From positions 306,838,001-306,902,000 of the forward strand of contig OZ024740.1 of the NCBI GenBank assembly GCA_964016885.1: a stretch of DNA of 64,000 nucleotides. The letters are read 5' to 3'. Each line of letters starts with the position of its first letter. Within the stretch, counting starts at the first letter, position 1. The position numbers were made by a program, and so were the translations under genes. Of this stretch, positions 12,336-24,636 are shown in pieces. Source of the stretch: Eledone cirrhosa (Eukaryota). The notes beneath the pieces were generated by a model. It had not been told where the DNA came from, did not search any database, and worked only from the letters and a program-made list of their open reading frames with translations.

Positions 12336-13619
12336 ATGATTTAAATTATATATTTATCATTTATTCTTACATGCATTTTTTTTTTCAAATTTTCCCAGTT
12401 TTGATTGTGTGAAGATTATATTTGAAGTTACTGCTGGAAAAACAGATATTAGATTTAGATAGTGCCAACATTGAGATGGTGATGGTGTTGGTATTGTTGG
12501 TGTTATTGTAAGGATTTCTAGAAAAGAAAAAGAAACTGGCTGAAAAGTATTAAAAAAGAACGCTTTAAAAATATGACCATTAGCAAATTGGACATAGGTG
12601 TATGGTGGAAGAAGTAAAACTTGAGTTTGAAACCAACTGACCCAGCAACTACATTTCTCTCTCTCTCTCTCAACATCCCTTCCCATCCCATGATGTCTTT
12701 GTTGAAAAATAGCCTTAGCTCTTGGCATCATTCAAAATGCTACCTCACCAGAGAGTTCTAGGTTTTAAGTTGTGATTTGAATGAATAAATAAAGCAATTA
12801 ATTTAACAGAAAAAAAAATTAAACAAAAAAAAAACAGATTATTTATAAAGATTAATTTTCTGAAGATTTATTTTTCCTTTTTCTTTTTATTCCATTTTTC
12901 CCCTGTTTCTTTGAATTTATTTTTTTTCTTTTCATTTTTTTTTTTTTAATTTAAAATTAATAAATTAATTTCACTTTCCTGAAGAATTTCTCTTGTCTTG
13001 TATTACTAATCTGTTAGAACACCTTTGTTGTCAGCATACCTTCAATATATCAAAGTACTGATCATTGAATGTTGAACTGCTCAGCTCATTTTTTTGTGAG
13101 ATACGAACAAATGTCGCCGTTAGCAATGTCAGGCAAAGGTAGATACACACACTTGATATCCTTTATCCATCTTACCAGCTTCCTCAGACACAATAAACTA
13201 TGATTTTTAAGGAGGCTGAAATGGGCCAGTTGGATATCCCCATTGGGATAAATAAATAAATGAAGATGGGTGCATAAATCAAAGATATAGAAGTAGAAAA
13301 ATTATTAGGCAAAAGACAATGGGGAGAGAAAAAACAGGACAGAAACAATAAAATAAGATAAAAACTACATACTCATTTTACTATTGTCTTATATGTAAGG
13401 GGAGGTAAGTTATCATATGGGCCCCTCTTTGTTTAATATCTAAAAAAAAAAAAATCAGTCAAGATATTTGAACCGATTGACCGATTTCAGTCTTATATTT
13501 CTCACACCACTTGTTTGCAAAGTGTCATAAACTTTCATAAATGATGTTCCCTGTGTGGCTGATTTACAGGTTTAGATATATATCTAAATATACATACTCA
13601 TAGGCTTCTAGAGAGACAT

Positions 13620-14880
13620 TAAGAAAACTCCTTGCATTTGTTGCATTCAATATGGTATACCACATGTGTCCACTGGCACATACCTGTATTGCAGATAGGT
13701 CACTCAGCATGCATTGGGTGTTGTTGTCACTGGATCACTTTTTAGATAGGTATCCATGCAGAGAAGGGCCGGAGAGAGCTAATCGTATGTTCAATCCTTC
13801 CTTGCGGATTGCTGTGTTTATGTTTCTGCTGAAGTGTGGTAATTTCATGAAGCAGGTGTTGATTGAGGTTTTATTCCTACAGCTCCTTCGGTTCCTATGA
13901 CAATTCACTGCGGATGTTGAGTATCTGTTCATCTTCAGTATGTCCATAAAGAGTGCAGTGTGAGTGATCTGATCCTCCATCTTGGTGCATTAATTCCGGA
14001 TCTGTGTAAGTTTGTTTCTTATGTATCTGGTTTTAGCAGCAAGGGAGCGAGCCAGCCTATAATACACAAATATGTCTACTGGCAGCTTTCCTATAGAAGT
14101 TAGTGTATATATCGCCTTCTATTATTCTAAGTTGGAAGTCGAGCAGGGATAGGGCACCATTGTTATTAGGGTATGGGATGGTGAATCTTGTTTTTAAGAA
14201 CGTCATGGATGATATGAGGATAAGTATATCATCTATGTATCAGGTGAATACCCAGGTGCAGCAGGTGTTGAGCACTCAACGTTCCAGCTGGTTCATGTAG
14301 GTGATGGCTAGTAGACCTGAAAGACTGGATCTCATGGATAGGCCTGTTGTTTGTTTGTTTGTATGTGTGGTGTTGGAAAGTGAAATATGTATTTTCTATA
14401 ATGATGAATAAAAGTTGATGTACGTCTGATGAGGTGAAGCCGAAGCAGTATATGTTAGATGAAATGATGCTGTCAGTCACTAGTTTGAGCGGGTACTGCC
14501 ATGTAGAGGGAGACAATGTCGAGGCTGAAGGCTTATTGAGTTTAAGTTGGGTGGGTTGTAGCTTATGTAGGCTGTATGTATGACTTCATCAGAGCTGCTG
14601 ATATGCCTAGGAAAGGTAGAAAGTATAGATTTGAGGAGCTAGAGGATTTTATAGAGAGGTCCTTCTATGCTAGAGACAATGGGTCTAATCTGGAGATTAA
14701 CACTGGTTTTGTGAGTATTAATGAGGTGGCAAAATGTTGGCAGTCTGCTATTTCTGGTGGTAAAGTTTTTATACTTGTTGGGAAGCTGTTTCCGTCTGCA
14801 GAACTCTTTCCCTTTATTGGCAGGGAGGTATATGAGGTCCTTCTCTTGCAGGTTATTTAGAATGAGATGTTATGTTCTAG
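13620..14880 (-). mobile_element. Degenerate Penelope-like retroelement (RT plus start of GIY-YIG endonuclease)
   Basis: The - strand reads ENTYFTFQHHTYKQ, YIDDIL, LSLLDFQL, and near 13630-13665 HVVYHIECNKCKE, resembling the start of a Penelope GIY-YIG domain. Many stops and frameshifts. Confidence 0.65.
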
Positions 14881-14962
14881 AGAAATTTAAGAAGAAATAG
14901 AAAGATAAAGGAGAGCGGGTAGAGGCAGAAATGTAAAACATTTCTTCACAGTGGGTGGGATA

Positions 14963-14999
<37 letters not shown>

Positions 15000-15000
<1 letters not shown>

Positions 15001-15487
15001 TCACTCACTTATTATGCTTGGGATCTTTCCCTGGGTCTCTTGTCGGTTGGTTTTGCCCATAAAATACGTCCATTGATTCTTTCCTGAGACGTTCTAACCA
15101 CATATCCATAGTATCGAAGCCGTGATCTCTCAATTCAGAGAAGTAGTGACTCTATCTGGAGTGATTCTGATATCCAAGCTACGCACCCTATTGAGTAACG
15201 TTGCTCCAAAGGCCCTTCGGAGGAACCCCATTTTGGCCGCTTGTATTCTTTCAGTTATTACCTAAGATTCATGACCATAGGTAAGGGTTAGCACGGATAC
15301 CAAATTGAAGATAGCGAGTTTGGCATTTACACGTGATTGCTGAAACTAGCGCATTACTGCAGTAGCTCCTGCAATTCTTGCAGTTAATTCAGCCTCCTGT
15401 CTTCCATCACTCATGAACATGGTCTCATGGTCTCATGATACTTGAACTTCTCCATCAGCTTCAGTGAAACTCCATTCACATGTAGAA
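15000..15487 (-). mobile_element. RTE-clade LINE fragment (second family); related fragment at ~52225-52480
   Basis: The - strand reads LHVNGVSLKLMEKFKY, MFMSDGRQEAELTARIAGA, LTLTYGHES and IQAAKMGFLRR. A closely similar nucleotide block occurs at 52270-52475. Confidence 0.7.
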
Positions 15488-15608
15488 TGCACATACATAT
15501 ATAAACATCCTGCTTACATACAGCCATACATTCTATTTACTGCAGCGAGGTTGTCATTTGCCACAAACTGAAAAGTCGTGTATATATATATGTCTATATA
15601 TATGCATA

Positions 15609-15639
<31 letters not shown>

Positions 15640-16054
15640 TATATAGGCCAGAGATCTGTGTCTTATATATATATGTGTGTGTGTGTGTACGTATATAAAT
15701 TGAGTATGACTTAGTAGTATGTACCATGCTTTTGCTATTAGTTTTAGGTACCTATGCAGTCACGAGCAGACACAGACACCTGCTTAACACACTCTCGATC
15801 CAGTGGAACATCCCGGATGTGACAGCTGGAAAGAGAGAGGGTTGCTCCAATACTTGGCTGGTACTTGCTTCATTGATCCCAAAAGCATGACAGGCAAAGT
15901 GGACATCGACAGGATTTAAATTCAATGTGCAGAGATGCAGATCATATAGCCACGTATATATTTGTGCATATATATGTATTTGTGTATATATATGTGAATA
16001 TATGTGTATATGTAAATATCTATATGGACACATACACACACACACACAAGTGCT

Positions 16055-17960
16055 TTATGTCCATTTTCCCTGCTAAGGAAGAGTTTGGCCTTGCGGGGCC
16101 CCATAACAAGCTTCTCTATCTTGCCCTGTCATCTGCATCACACCATACCCATCCTCTTAGTTTTCATTCCCCCTCCTTCACTTTTAGCCATGTCTTTCTT
16201 TGTTTCTCTTCCTTAGCTTCCCTCAACCATTACATTCCATGGCTCTGTTCATCCTGTGACTTTCATCCTTCTATTTCTCTCCACAACAATATTCTTGGCT
16301 AGTTCTGTTCTCCACAATTCATTGTTTGTCTTTCTGTCTCTCAGCAACACTCCATTTATTTACCAGCCCATTCGCATTTTTGTTCTTTCCAGCCTTCTTT
16401 GCTACATCACACTGATCATCCATTTCTTGCTCCCATAAATCATAGCATTTTTAACACATGCAGCATATTCCTTTCCCCATACTTTCAGTGACACTTCCCT
16501 CCTCTTTAGCATACCACTCTGTTCATGGAACTTCTTCCATGCATATTTCACTCTAGATACTGTCACAAAATCTGATCCAGCTTCTTCATTCAATGTCACC
16601 AAGATAACAAAACTTATTCACACTATTTGCAAAATCCAGCTCAACATCCTCTCCACCTCTAGTCCCTTCCATATGCATTTTACTCTTAAATGTAGCAGTC
16701 ACGTTATTTAATAATCCCATCACACCACTGCATTTTTGATGCACCCAGCCATTGCATATCATACATCTAATGGAGTTCACCCCAGCACCCTTACTGTACA
16801 TGGGACATGACCACCTTCCGGTTCTTTTCACCTCATCAAATACTTTACCGCTTGCCATCACCTTCATCTTGTCAATATTCACCTTCATACCTTCATCCAT
16901 ATTTTCTGCTATTAACACGAGGTCATTTGTGTATGACAACTCTCATCGTAACCTCTACCTTTACATTTTTGGCCATTACATGTGTCACAGTAGTGAGTGT
17001 AACACTAATCCATGATGCAATCTGACCTTCACTTCAAATTCATCTCTGTTCTCATCCTTACAACTGTGCATGCTCTCTCATACATTGTCATCACTACTCT
17101 GACTAACCATTCCTCCACTCCTAACTCACTTAATACCTGTATCATTACTTCATGTGGAACTCTATCGAATGTAAGGTTTACTTTAGAGCGGTTCGGTTTC
17201 AGATTTTGCTTCTATGTCAAGAACATATTCTCTAGCTTTTTTATCATCTATGAGCTATGAGTGCTAGATCATCAGCATATAGGAGCTCCCAAGGACAACT
17301 GGTTTTGAACTTCCTATTATGACCTGCAGGACTATAATAAACAGAAGTCGACTCCCACCTTCACACTAAACTTGTTACAGTTTTCATTATTAATTCTCAT
17401 CTTGCTTGTTATAACTCTGTACAACCCTCAAAAGCCATTTCGCTATCCCTAGCTTCCTAAGTGTACGATTCTGTCAAAGACCTTTTCCAGGTTGACAAAT
17501 ATTAATTATAGGGGTTTATTCTTAGCTAAATCTCTTGTAGTTATCTCACCAAGACGATGACGTCAATAGTATTTCTGCCCAATATGAACTCAAAGTACAT
17601 ATTGTCAAGGTTAATCAGTTTTGCTCTCTTTCTATAACCTTCATAATCTGATTTGATAATCAAAATAATTTGATGCCTCTTTAATTGCTATTCTCTAGTG
17701 GTCTCCTTTACCCTTGTCAATGATGCTGCTACACCAGTCATTGAGTACTATATCTTCCTGCATTACGTAATTTACTAAATGAGTAACTAACCTGTGTCCC
17801 ACTCCACCAGATATTTTAACCATCTCAGTTACAATCCCTCAAGGACCAGCTGCCGTCACTACCTTCATTTCCTTAATATTCCTATCTAATTTACTGCTGT
17901 CAACTTTCATTGCTGGTCCCTCAGTTAGGTTTGCTTGGCAAACACTCTTCCATATGTGCT
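16055..17960 (-). mobile_element. Degenerate RTE-clade LINE fragments (composite)
   Basis: ORFs 16402-16602 and 16586-16939 give YTNDLVLIAE, a CxxC..CxxC..HxxC insert and FCYLG. The 17270-17330 segment reads FKTSCPWELLYADDL, and RT N-terminal remnants extend to ~17950. Confidence 0.8.
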
Positions 17961-18129
17961 TTATGTGTGTATCATTTTTTAGTTATTCTTTCCCTCTCTA
18001 TGACACCCTAGTAGCTACTTCCTCCAGCTCTGCCCATGCCCCCCTCAACTATCCCTTTTTAACTATTCTCTCCTCATGCTTATTGCCCTTTTTTTCCCTC
18101 TCACACCCACAGAGCAGAGAGGACTCTTC

Positions 18130-18560
18130 ATTTGGGACAACTGACAACACCTCTAGTGTTGGTGCCATGAAAATGCACCCAGTACACCATGTCACACCAC
18201 TGAAAAACTATGCCAAAAGGGTTGAGACAAGCCTTCAGTTGCATCAACAGCATGACAACCTCTGTATTGTTGGTGATATACATGATAAATGCACCCAGAA
18301 CATGTAAAATGGTTGACGATAGAAGGGCATCCAACTAAAAAGTTTGCCAAAGAAAATGGTTAGGAGGACCCTTCAATTGTGTCAAGGACATGACAATCTC
18401 CCTAGTGTTGGTGATCAATATCACAAATACACCCAGTATATGCTATAAAGTGGTTATGGATACAAAGGGCATCCAGTAATAAAAAGCTGGCCAAACATAG
18501 GGTTGGGAGGCCTCTTCTGTTGTGTCAAAATATGACACCTTCCCTAGTGCTGATGCTAAT
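18130..18560 (+). repeat. Degenerate tandem repeats built from a SINE/LINE 3'-region segment
   Basis: The block gacaac...tagtgttggtg...aaatgcacccag...ggtt...aagggcatcca recurs 3-4 times. It resembles 59718-59780. Confidence 0.55.
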
Positions 18561-19282
18561 TTTGTTGTTTAAGAAAACTTTTAAGTTCATCAAGACAAGT
18601 TGCTATAGTTCTGGATCTATCACTAGTGACATATTCATCTTGCCATTTCTGTTTTGTATGTATGTATGGATGGTGGATGGATGGAAATGAATAAAAGTTC
18701 ATACATTCGTGTATGTCTGGGGTTTTTTTTTTGTGGAAAATATGCCTGTTATAATTCTGGTGTTACTTAATTTTATGAGTAGGTTAAAAAATGGTGGTCC
18801 TTTCTCATCGGTTTCTGTTTATTAATGAGATTGGCCTTCCAGAACAAGGTTTGTTTTCAATATTTTCTTGACCCTCTTTGAAACCTTAAAAACCCTCTTA
18901 AAAACCTTACTTTTGATAGAGTGGCATCTCCATAAACCTATGTTAAAGAATTAAACATTTCAGTAGCAGATTTGTTGAGTTTTACACACAATTTGATTGT
19001 GTGCCAGTTTGATATTTTCCTGCATTGTAAACATAATAGGTTTTAAACATGTCTGTACATAAACAACAATAACTCATAACTGGCTCAATCAATCATCTTG
19101 AAACAAGTATGTATGTGCAGCCAAGGTTATAACCAGCACATCTATATACATAAATGAGGTATTACGTTACCATATCAACATCATCGTTTAATGTCCATTT
19201 GCCATGCTAGCATGGGGTTACATCAGAAAATCAGTACCCTTACTTTGGGGACAAACCTTGCGTGTGTGTATGTATATATATA

Positions 19283-22200
19283 TCATCATCATCGTTTAAC
19301 GTCCATCTTCCACGCTTGCATGGGTTTGGATGGGAGTTTTCCCACTTGAGGCAAGATTTGTTGTCCTGCTCGTATAGGACTGTCTGGCGGGTTTTCTACA
19401 GCTGGATGCCCTTCCTAACACCAACCACGTTTACAGTGTGGACTGGGAGGTTTTTACCGTGTTACCTACATGGCCACATTACAGCGTGGACTGTGTGTTT
19501 TTTTTGTCGTGACACCTACACGACCTCATTTATTTCGGACTGGATGTTGTGGTACCAACATAACTTCACATTTAAGGGGGTGGTGTGGATGAGGTGGGGG
19601 TAGTGGGAGGGGGGTGTATTTTGTTAGAGGGGCCTACTGACTGTAGGTTTCGCTTTGTACTTAGGCAAGGCGGGTCTTCTGTATGACTGTGTAGCGCCAA
19701 AGATCTCGGTCCAGTGACATTGTCTTGGAGAGGTGTGTGAGGTCAGAATTTATCAAGTCATCCCAGGTTTTTCTGGGTCTGCCTACTCCGTGGCTACCAT
19801 CTATTTTTATCGCCCTGCACTTTTTTATACAGCTGTCGTCTTTCATGTGACCGTACCAACGTAGACTTCTCTCGAGTAAACAACATCTGATCCCTCTTAT
19901 TCCTAATTTCTCCCTTAGTTCGTTTATGCTTTGCCATTCACATATATTACTATTGCACATCCAGCAGAGCATGCAAGCTTCGTTTCTCTCCAGTCTGCGT
20001 ATATCCTCTGCACACAATGCCCAGGTCTCACTGCCATGTAACATTGCTGTTAGTATGCAGGCATCATACAGCCTGCCTTTCATTTTTAGAGAGAACCCTT
20101 TAGCGGCCAATAGTGGTATAAGCTCTCTGAGCTTTTTCCATACCGTTCTGACTCTAGCTACTGTACTTTCAGAGCACCCTCCCCCACTGCTGATTTTGTC
20201 ACCCAAGTAACGGAAGGTGTCGACTATTTCTATAGAACCATCTGTGCAATGGAATGAGCTAGTATTTAGTGGGCACTTGCTGCTACTTATTGCACCAGAG
20301 CATCAGCCACATATAAAATCTATATTCTCAGTTAGCTTACCTGTGATCCCACTACATCTTTTATGCACCCATACTTTGCATTTGGGACATAAAATGGAGT
20401 TTCTGCCTACTCCTTTCCTACACACTGAGCATGGCCATTTCCCAGATGGGACCGGTGCCCTATTTTCCTTCCTACAAACTAGAACTTTAGTCTTAGACAA
20501 GTTAACTTTAAGGTCTTTTGATTCTAGGCCATGCTTCCATGTTTAGAATTTCTTCTCTAGTTCAGCCATTGATTCAGCTATGAGCGTTAGATCATCTGCA
20601 TATAGGAGTTCCCATGGGCAGCCGGTCTTGAACTCCTCTGTTATAGCCTGAAGGGCAATAATAAATAGTAGGGGGCCAAGAACAGAGCCCTGATCAACAC
20701 CAACTTTTACGCTAAACTCTTCACTATATTCGTTGTTAATTCTAACCTTGCTGACTGTTTCTTTATACATGGCTTGTATAGCTCTCACAAGCCATTCATC
20801 AACACCTAGTTTTCTAAGCGCCCACCAGATAATGGAGCGGGGGACTCTGTCAAAGGCTTTCTCCAAGTCAACAAAAGCTAAGTATAGGGGTTTACTTTTA
20901 GCTAGGTACTTCTCCTGTAGTTGTTGTACAATGAAAAGAGCGCCTGTGGTACTTTTACCTGACACAAACCCCGAACTGCATTTCATCTAGATCAATTCGT
21001 TCTCTGATTAGTTGCGCTATTACTTTTTCTGTGACCTTCATGACCTGGTCGATTAATTTAATGCCTCTATAGTTACCCCTATCTAGGGCATCTCCTTTAC
21101 CCTTGTAGCAGTTAATGATGCTGCTGCTACGCCAGTCCTTCGGAACGGCACCATTCTGTATGACTTGGTTTACTATCCGGGTGACCATAGTGTGTCCCAC
21201 CGTTCCAGATGCTTTCAGCATTTCAGCAACTATTTCTGAAGGCCCAGCCGCCTTACCCGTCTTCTTATCTTTGATTGTCTTACTTATTATACCACCTTCA
21301 ACTAGCACTGCTGGTCCCTCTATTGGATCGATGTGGGGGGAGACTGTCTTGCTCCCATTTATTCTCCTCATTTAGTAGCCTTTCGTAGTGACACTTCCAA
21401 GCTACCTTCTTATCAGCATCAGTGATGGCAAGTACACCATCATCATTAAGGACACACTTCTCCCCGACAATATCACGGTTTTCCTTGACACATTGCCTAG
21501 TAATCCTGAACACCTCACGTTTTTGGTCCTCGCGTTGTAGAACATGCTTGAACTTTCTTTCCTCTGATTCCCTTCTTGCGAAGTACACTTGTCTCCTAGC
21601 TTCCCTCCTGGCCACTTGATAGTCTTCTCTACTTCCCCCATCCCACCATAATTTCCAAGCCTGCTTTTTGGCCTTAATTGTCTCCTCCACCTTACTGTTC
21701 CACCACCATGTTACTCTCCTCTTGCCTATAGGCCTGCTCCAGCCACAGACTTCATCTGCCACCTTCAGCAGGTTAGCTTTCAGGAATTCCCACTGTTCCT
21801 CTATATTGTACGTCCTTACTGTCGAAAGCATCAAGTAATATGCTTTTAAATTTATTACTGGCTGTGGGGTCCTTTCGCTTCCATATTTTTCTCCTGAGGA
21901 TAGTCCTCCTCTGTTGTCGAGTACGAGGTCGCTGACTATGAGTCTATGTTGGGAGGTGCATTCTTCATGGGGGAGGAATTTAGTGTTTACAACAGATACT
22001 CTATCACGTCTTCTGGTAAGGATATAATCTATCTGACTGGCGTGTTCCACTGATCTATAGGTGATCAAGTGATTGTCTCGTTTTTTTTTAAGTTAGTGTT
22101 ACAGACAGTTAGGTTATTTGCATCGCAGAATTCCAGGATTCTGGAGCCTTCCTCATTTCTCGTACCAAACCCATAGCCTCCATGGATTCCGTCATAGCCG

Positions 22201-22400
22201 TCACAATGTTGTCCAACGTGACCATTTAGGTCGCCAGCAATAATTATGTAGTCGCTGTCGGTTATTTGGGAAGTAGTGAGCATCAATGTCTCATAGAATC
22301 TGTCTTTTATAGCGCCAGGCAGTCCGGATTGGGGTGCATATGCAGATATTACTGTCACAGTAGTTCTATTTAGGACAAGTCTTATTTTAATTATTCTGTA
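19283..22400 (-). mobile_element. 5'-truncated RTE-clade LINE (APE endonuclease, RT, PHD-like insert), frameshifted pseudo-copy
   Basis: APE motifs: ISAYAPQ, IIAGDLNGHVG, SQIDYIL, SQHRLIV. RT motifs: YKGKGDALDRGNYRGIKL, FVDLEKAFDRV, GVDQGSVLGPLLF, LYADDL. C-terminus LRWYGHM...GRPRKTW. The 3' tail is (ATG)n at 19283-19293 and both ends abut (TA)n. Confidence 0.95.
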
Positions 22401-22451
<51 letters not shown>

Positions 22452-22456
22452 AACAT

Positions 22457-22499
<43 letters not shown>

Positions 22500-22677
22500 T
22501 ATATATATATATATACATACATACATACACACGAGGAAAAAGTGTTCAATACCAAACAGTTCTTTGTCTCTGAAACTATAGTTTTTATATTTTACAAAGC
22601 TTACTTTTATTATTCACAGTTGTATAGATAACATTACAAATAATCACAAAGTTGGCTTAAAAACCATTGATGATTAC

Positions 22678-22778
22678 ATCATCATCATTTTATGCCCGCT
22701 TTTCCCTGCTTGCAAGGGTGGGAGGGGTCCTATTCAGCACAGCATCTCTCCATTTGTCACGGTCCCTCGTCATCTCCA
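22678..22778 (-). mobile_element. 3' end of RTE LINE family B, inverted copy of 25894-25992
   Basis: The reverse complement matches ggagatgacg..ggaccgtgacaa.tggagagatgctgtgctgaataggaccc...cttgcaagcagggaaaagcgg...aaatgatgatg. Confidence 0.85.
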
Positions 22779-22899
22779 CCGTGTGCTTCAGCGAAAAATA
22801 AAAGCAAAATTAAGTAATGAGAAAATGGGGAAGGGGTAAAGAAGGGCAGATCTGGATGTATGGGAAAAGACTATAAAAGCCATAAATGACTATAAAAGC

Positions 22900-24595
22900 C
22901 ACAGAAGAAAAAAGGGCGAGGGTGATGGGTTCTGGCAGTGTTGGGACTGCAACCCCGTGGACAAGAACTAGCGCACCTGCTGCAACAGCCACCCCACTTC
23001 ACGTGGCTCCTTCCTCAGATGGGCTGCTGGCATTCCGATCTTGTGGAGGGAGTCCAGGGATACTTGTGGTCTTGACAGTGACCAGTTGAAGAGGAAGCAG
23101 CCAGACAGTCCCTGGTATTTATTTGTCTTACTTTCCTCTACATTGCAGGCCACAGTACCAGGATTTGTGGCTGAAGCGACTAAGTTGGAGGCAGAGAATG
23201 TGTCACAACACGTGGTGTCCAAGATGAGGAATCTATCTCCTTTGAATGGGAAAAGGGTAATTCCGTGGGGGCACATGCCTTCTCTGCGGCTGAGGCATGC
23301 TGGCTCCAATTGTGATAGAAAGTCAGCTGCATCCAGGTTCTTTCTCAATATGTCGTTATGAATGGCATGTTGAGGGAATCGGCCTGCACTCTGGTGGCAT
23401 GACAGTGAACATTTATATACTGGGAGACAGAGAGGTCTTCATCTGTCCAGTCAGCCAGAGCCTGCTCGAGCTCTGGGACCACATCAGGTTCAGCCATCTT
23501 GTTGAGGACCTCGCTGATGAGAATCTGAAGCAGATCGGAGGCTGAGGTCACCTTGGTGGGAGCTTTGCTTGTTGCTAGTTGGCGCTGTCAAAATTAACAT
23601 TGCGGATGAGTTCTGAACAACAACGGATGGTGGTGTAGAGTTCACCAAGATGATCTGCATGGGGTGACAAGGAGCATCGCACAGTGTGAACAAGAATTTG
23701 GGGAGGGAGAAGCAGTTCCTCATGAGGAAGAGTGCCAGGTGAGCGTCAATGAATTGCAGCCTTTCTGCCATCTGGGACAGGTCTGCATGCTTGGTCTCAA
23801 GGCACCCTCTTAAAGCTTTTGAGAGAATTGGGGAGCTGAGAATGCAGGTGGTGTCTTTGAATGTTAATTGAGCCCTGGACAAAATGGGATGGGTGCCGAG
23901 TACAGCCTCTCTGTAGCTAACATTTATCACATCAGACTTGGATGTGCTGAGATCATGAGCCAAAGGTCCTCAACTACGGTCTTAGCCAAGCCGCCCAGGG
24001 TCGTGTCGTCTAGGTACCAATCTTTGAAGGACGACCGGACAGCGTCGTCAAATGCAAGTGCAAAGAGGAGCGGGCAAAATAGATCTCCTTGTTGGACACC
24101 CATATTGGAAGGTGTGTCTTCCGTACAAGAGGTGAGCAAGGGGGTAAATGGAGGTGACTCGTCTGAGACATGTCTCTAGACATGATCCTGCCTAACGCTG
24201 TTAAAAGCATTTGTCATGTCCAGCTTCACAAGGAGGTGGGGTGACAAATGAGGTGTGTGCTCAATGAAATGTCTGGCTGCAGCCTCACGTCTGCACTTTA
24301 TTCACACTCCGAGCTGGACAGGGTTCAGCACCTCGCTCAGGTCGTCTTTGACTGACTTACAAGCTATCTTGACTGCAAGTCGTCAGATGTTGCTCTCCGT
24401 GATTCTTCATCAGGGTGGTCAAACTGACTGAAGAAAAATCGTGGGCATGGCAGGGAAAGATGGCGAAGAGAAGACAGTTAGTGAGGGATGTTATTCATGG
24501 AGAAATCGGGCTCCTGCCTCTGCAGCGTGAGGCAAGATAAGTTCTCTGAGGTGGCTGGGGCGCAGGCCGTCCACTCCACTTCTGCTGCTGCCGAG
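22900..24595 (-). mobile_element. Degenerate CRE-clade (restriction-like endonuclease) non-LTR retrotransposon
   Basis: The - strand reads GVDGLRPSHL, PVQLGV, KLDMTNAFNSV, GVQQGDLFCPLLFALA, WYLDD, and an RLE-like CPHGITLFPF..RFLILDTTCCDTF. GC content is higher than the flanks. Confidence 0.8.
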
Positions 24596-24636
24596 TCAAG
24601 GGCTCAATTGATGCATACATATTGGACACATTTCAC

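Noticed and set aside
22402-22532. N-terminus of ORF 22065-22532
   Set aside because: It is microsatellite sequence fused in frame to a truncated LINE endonuclease.
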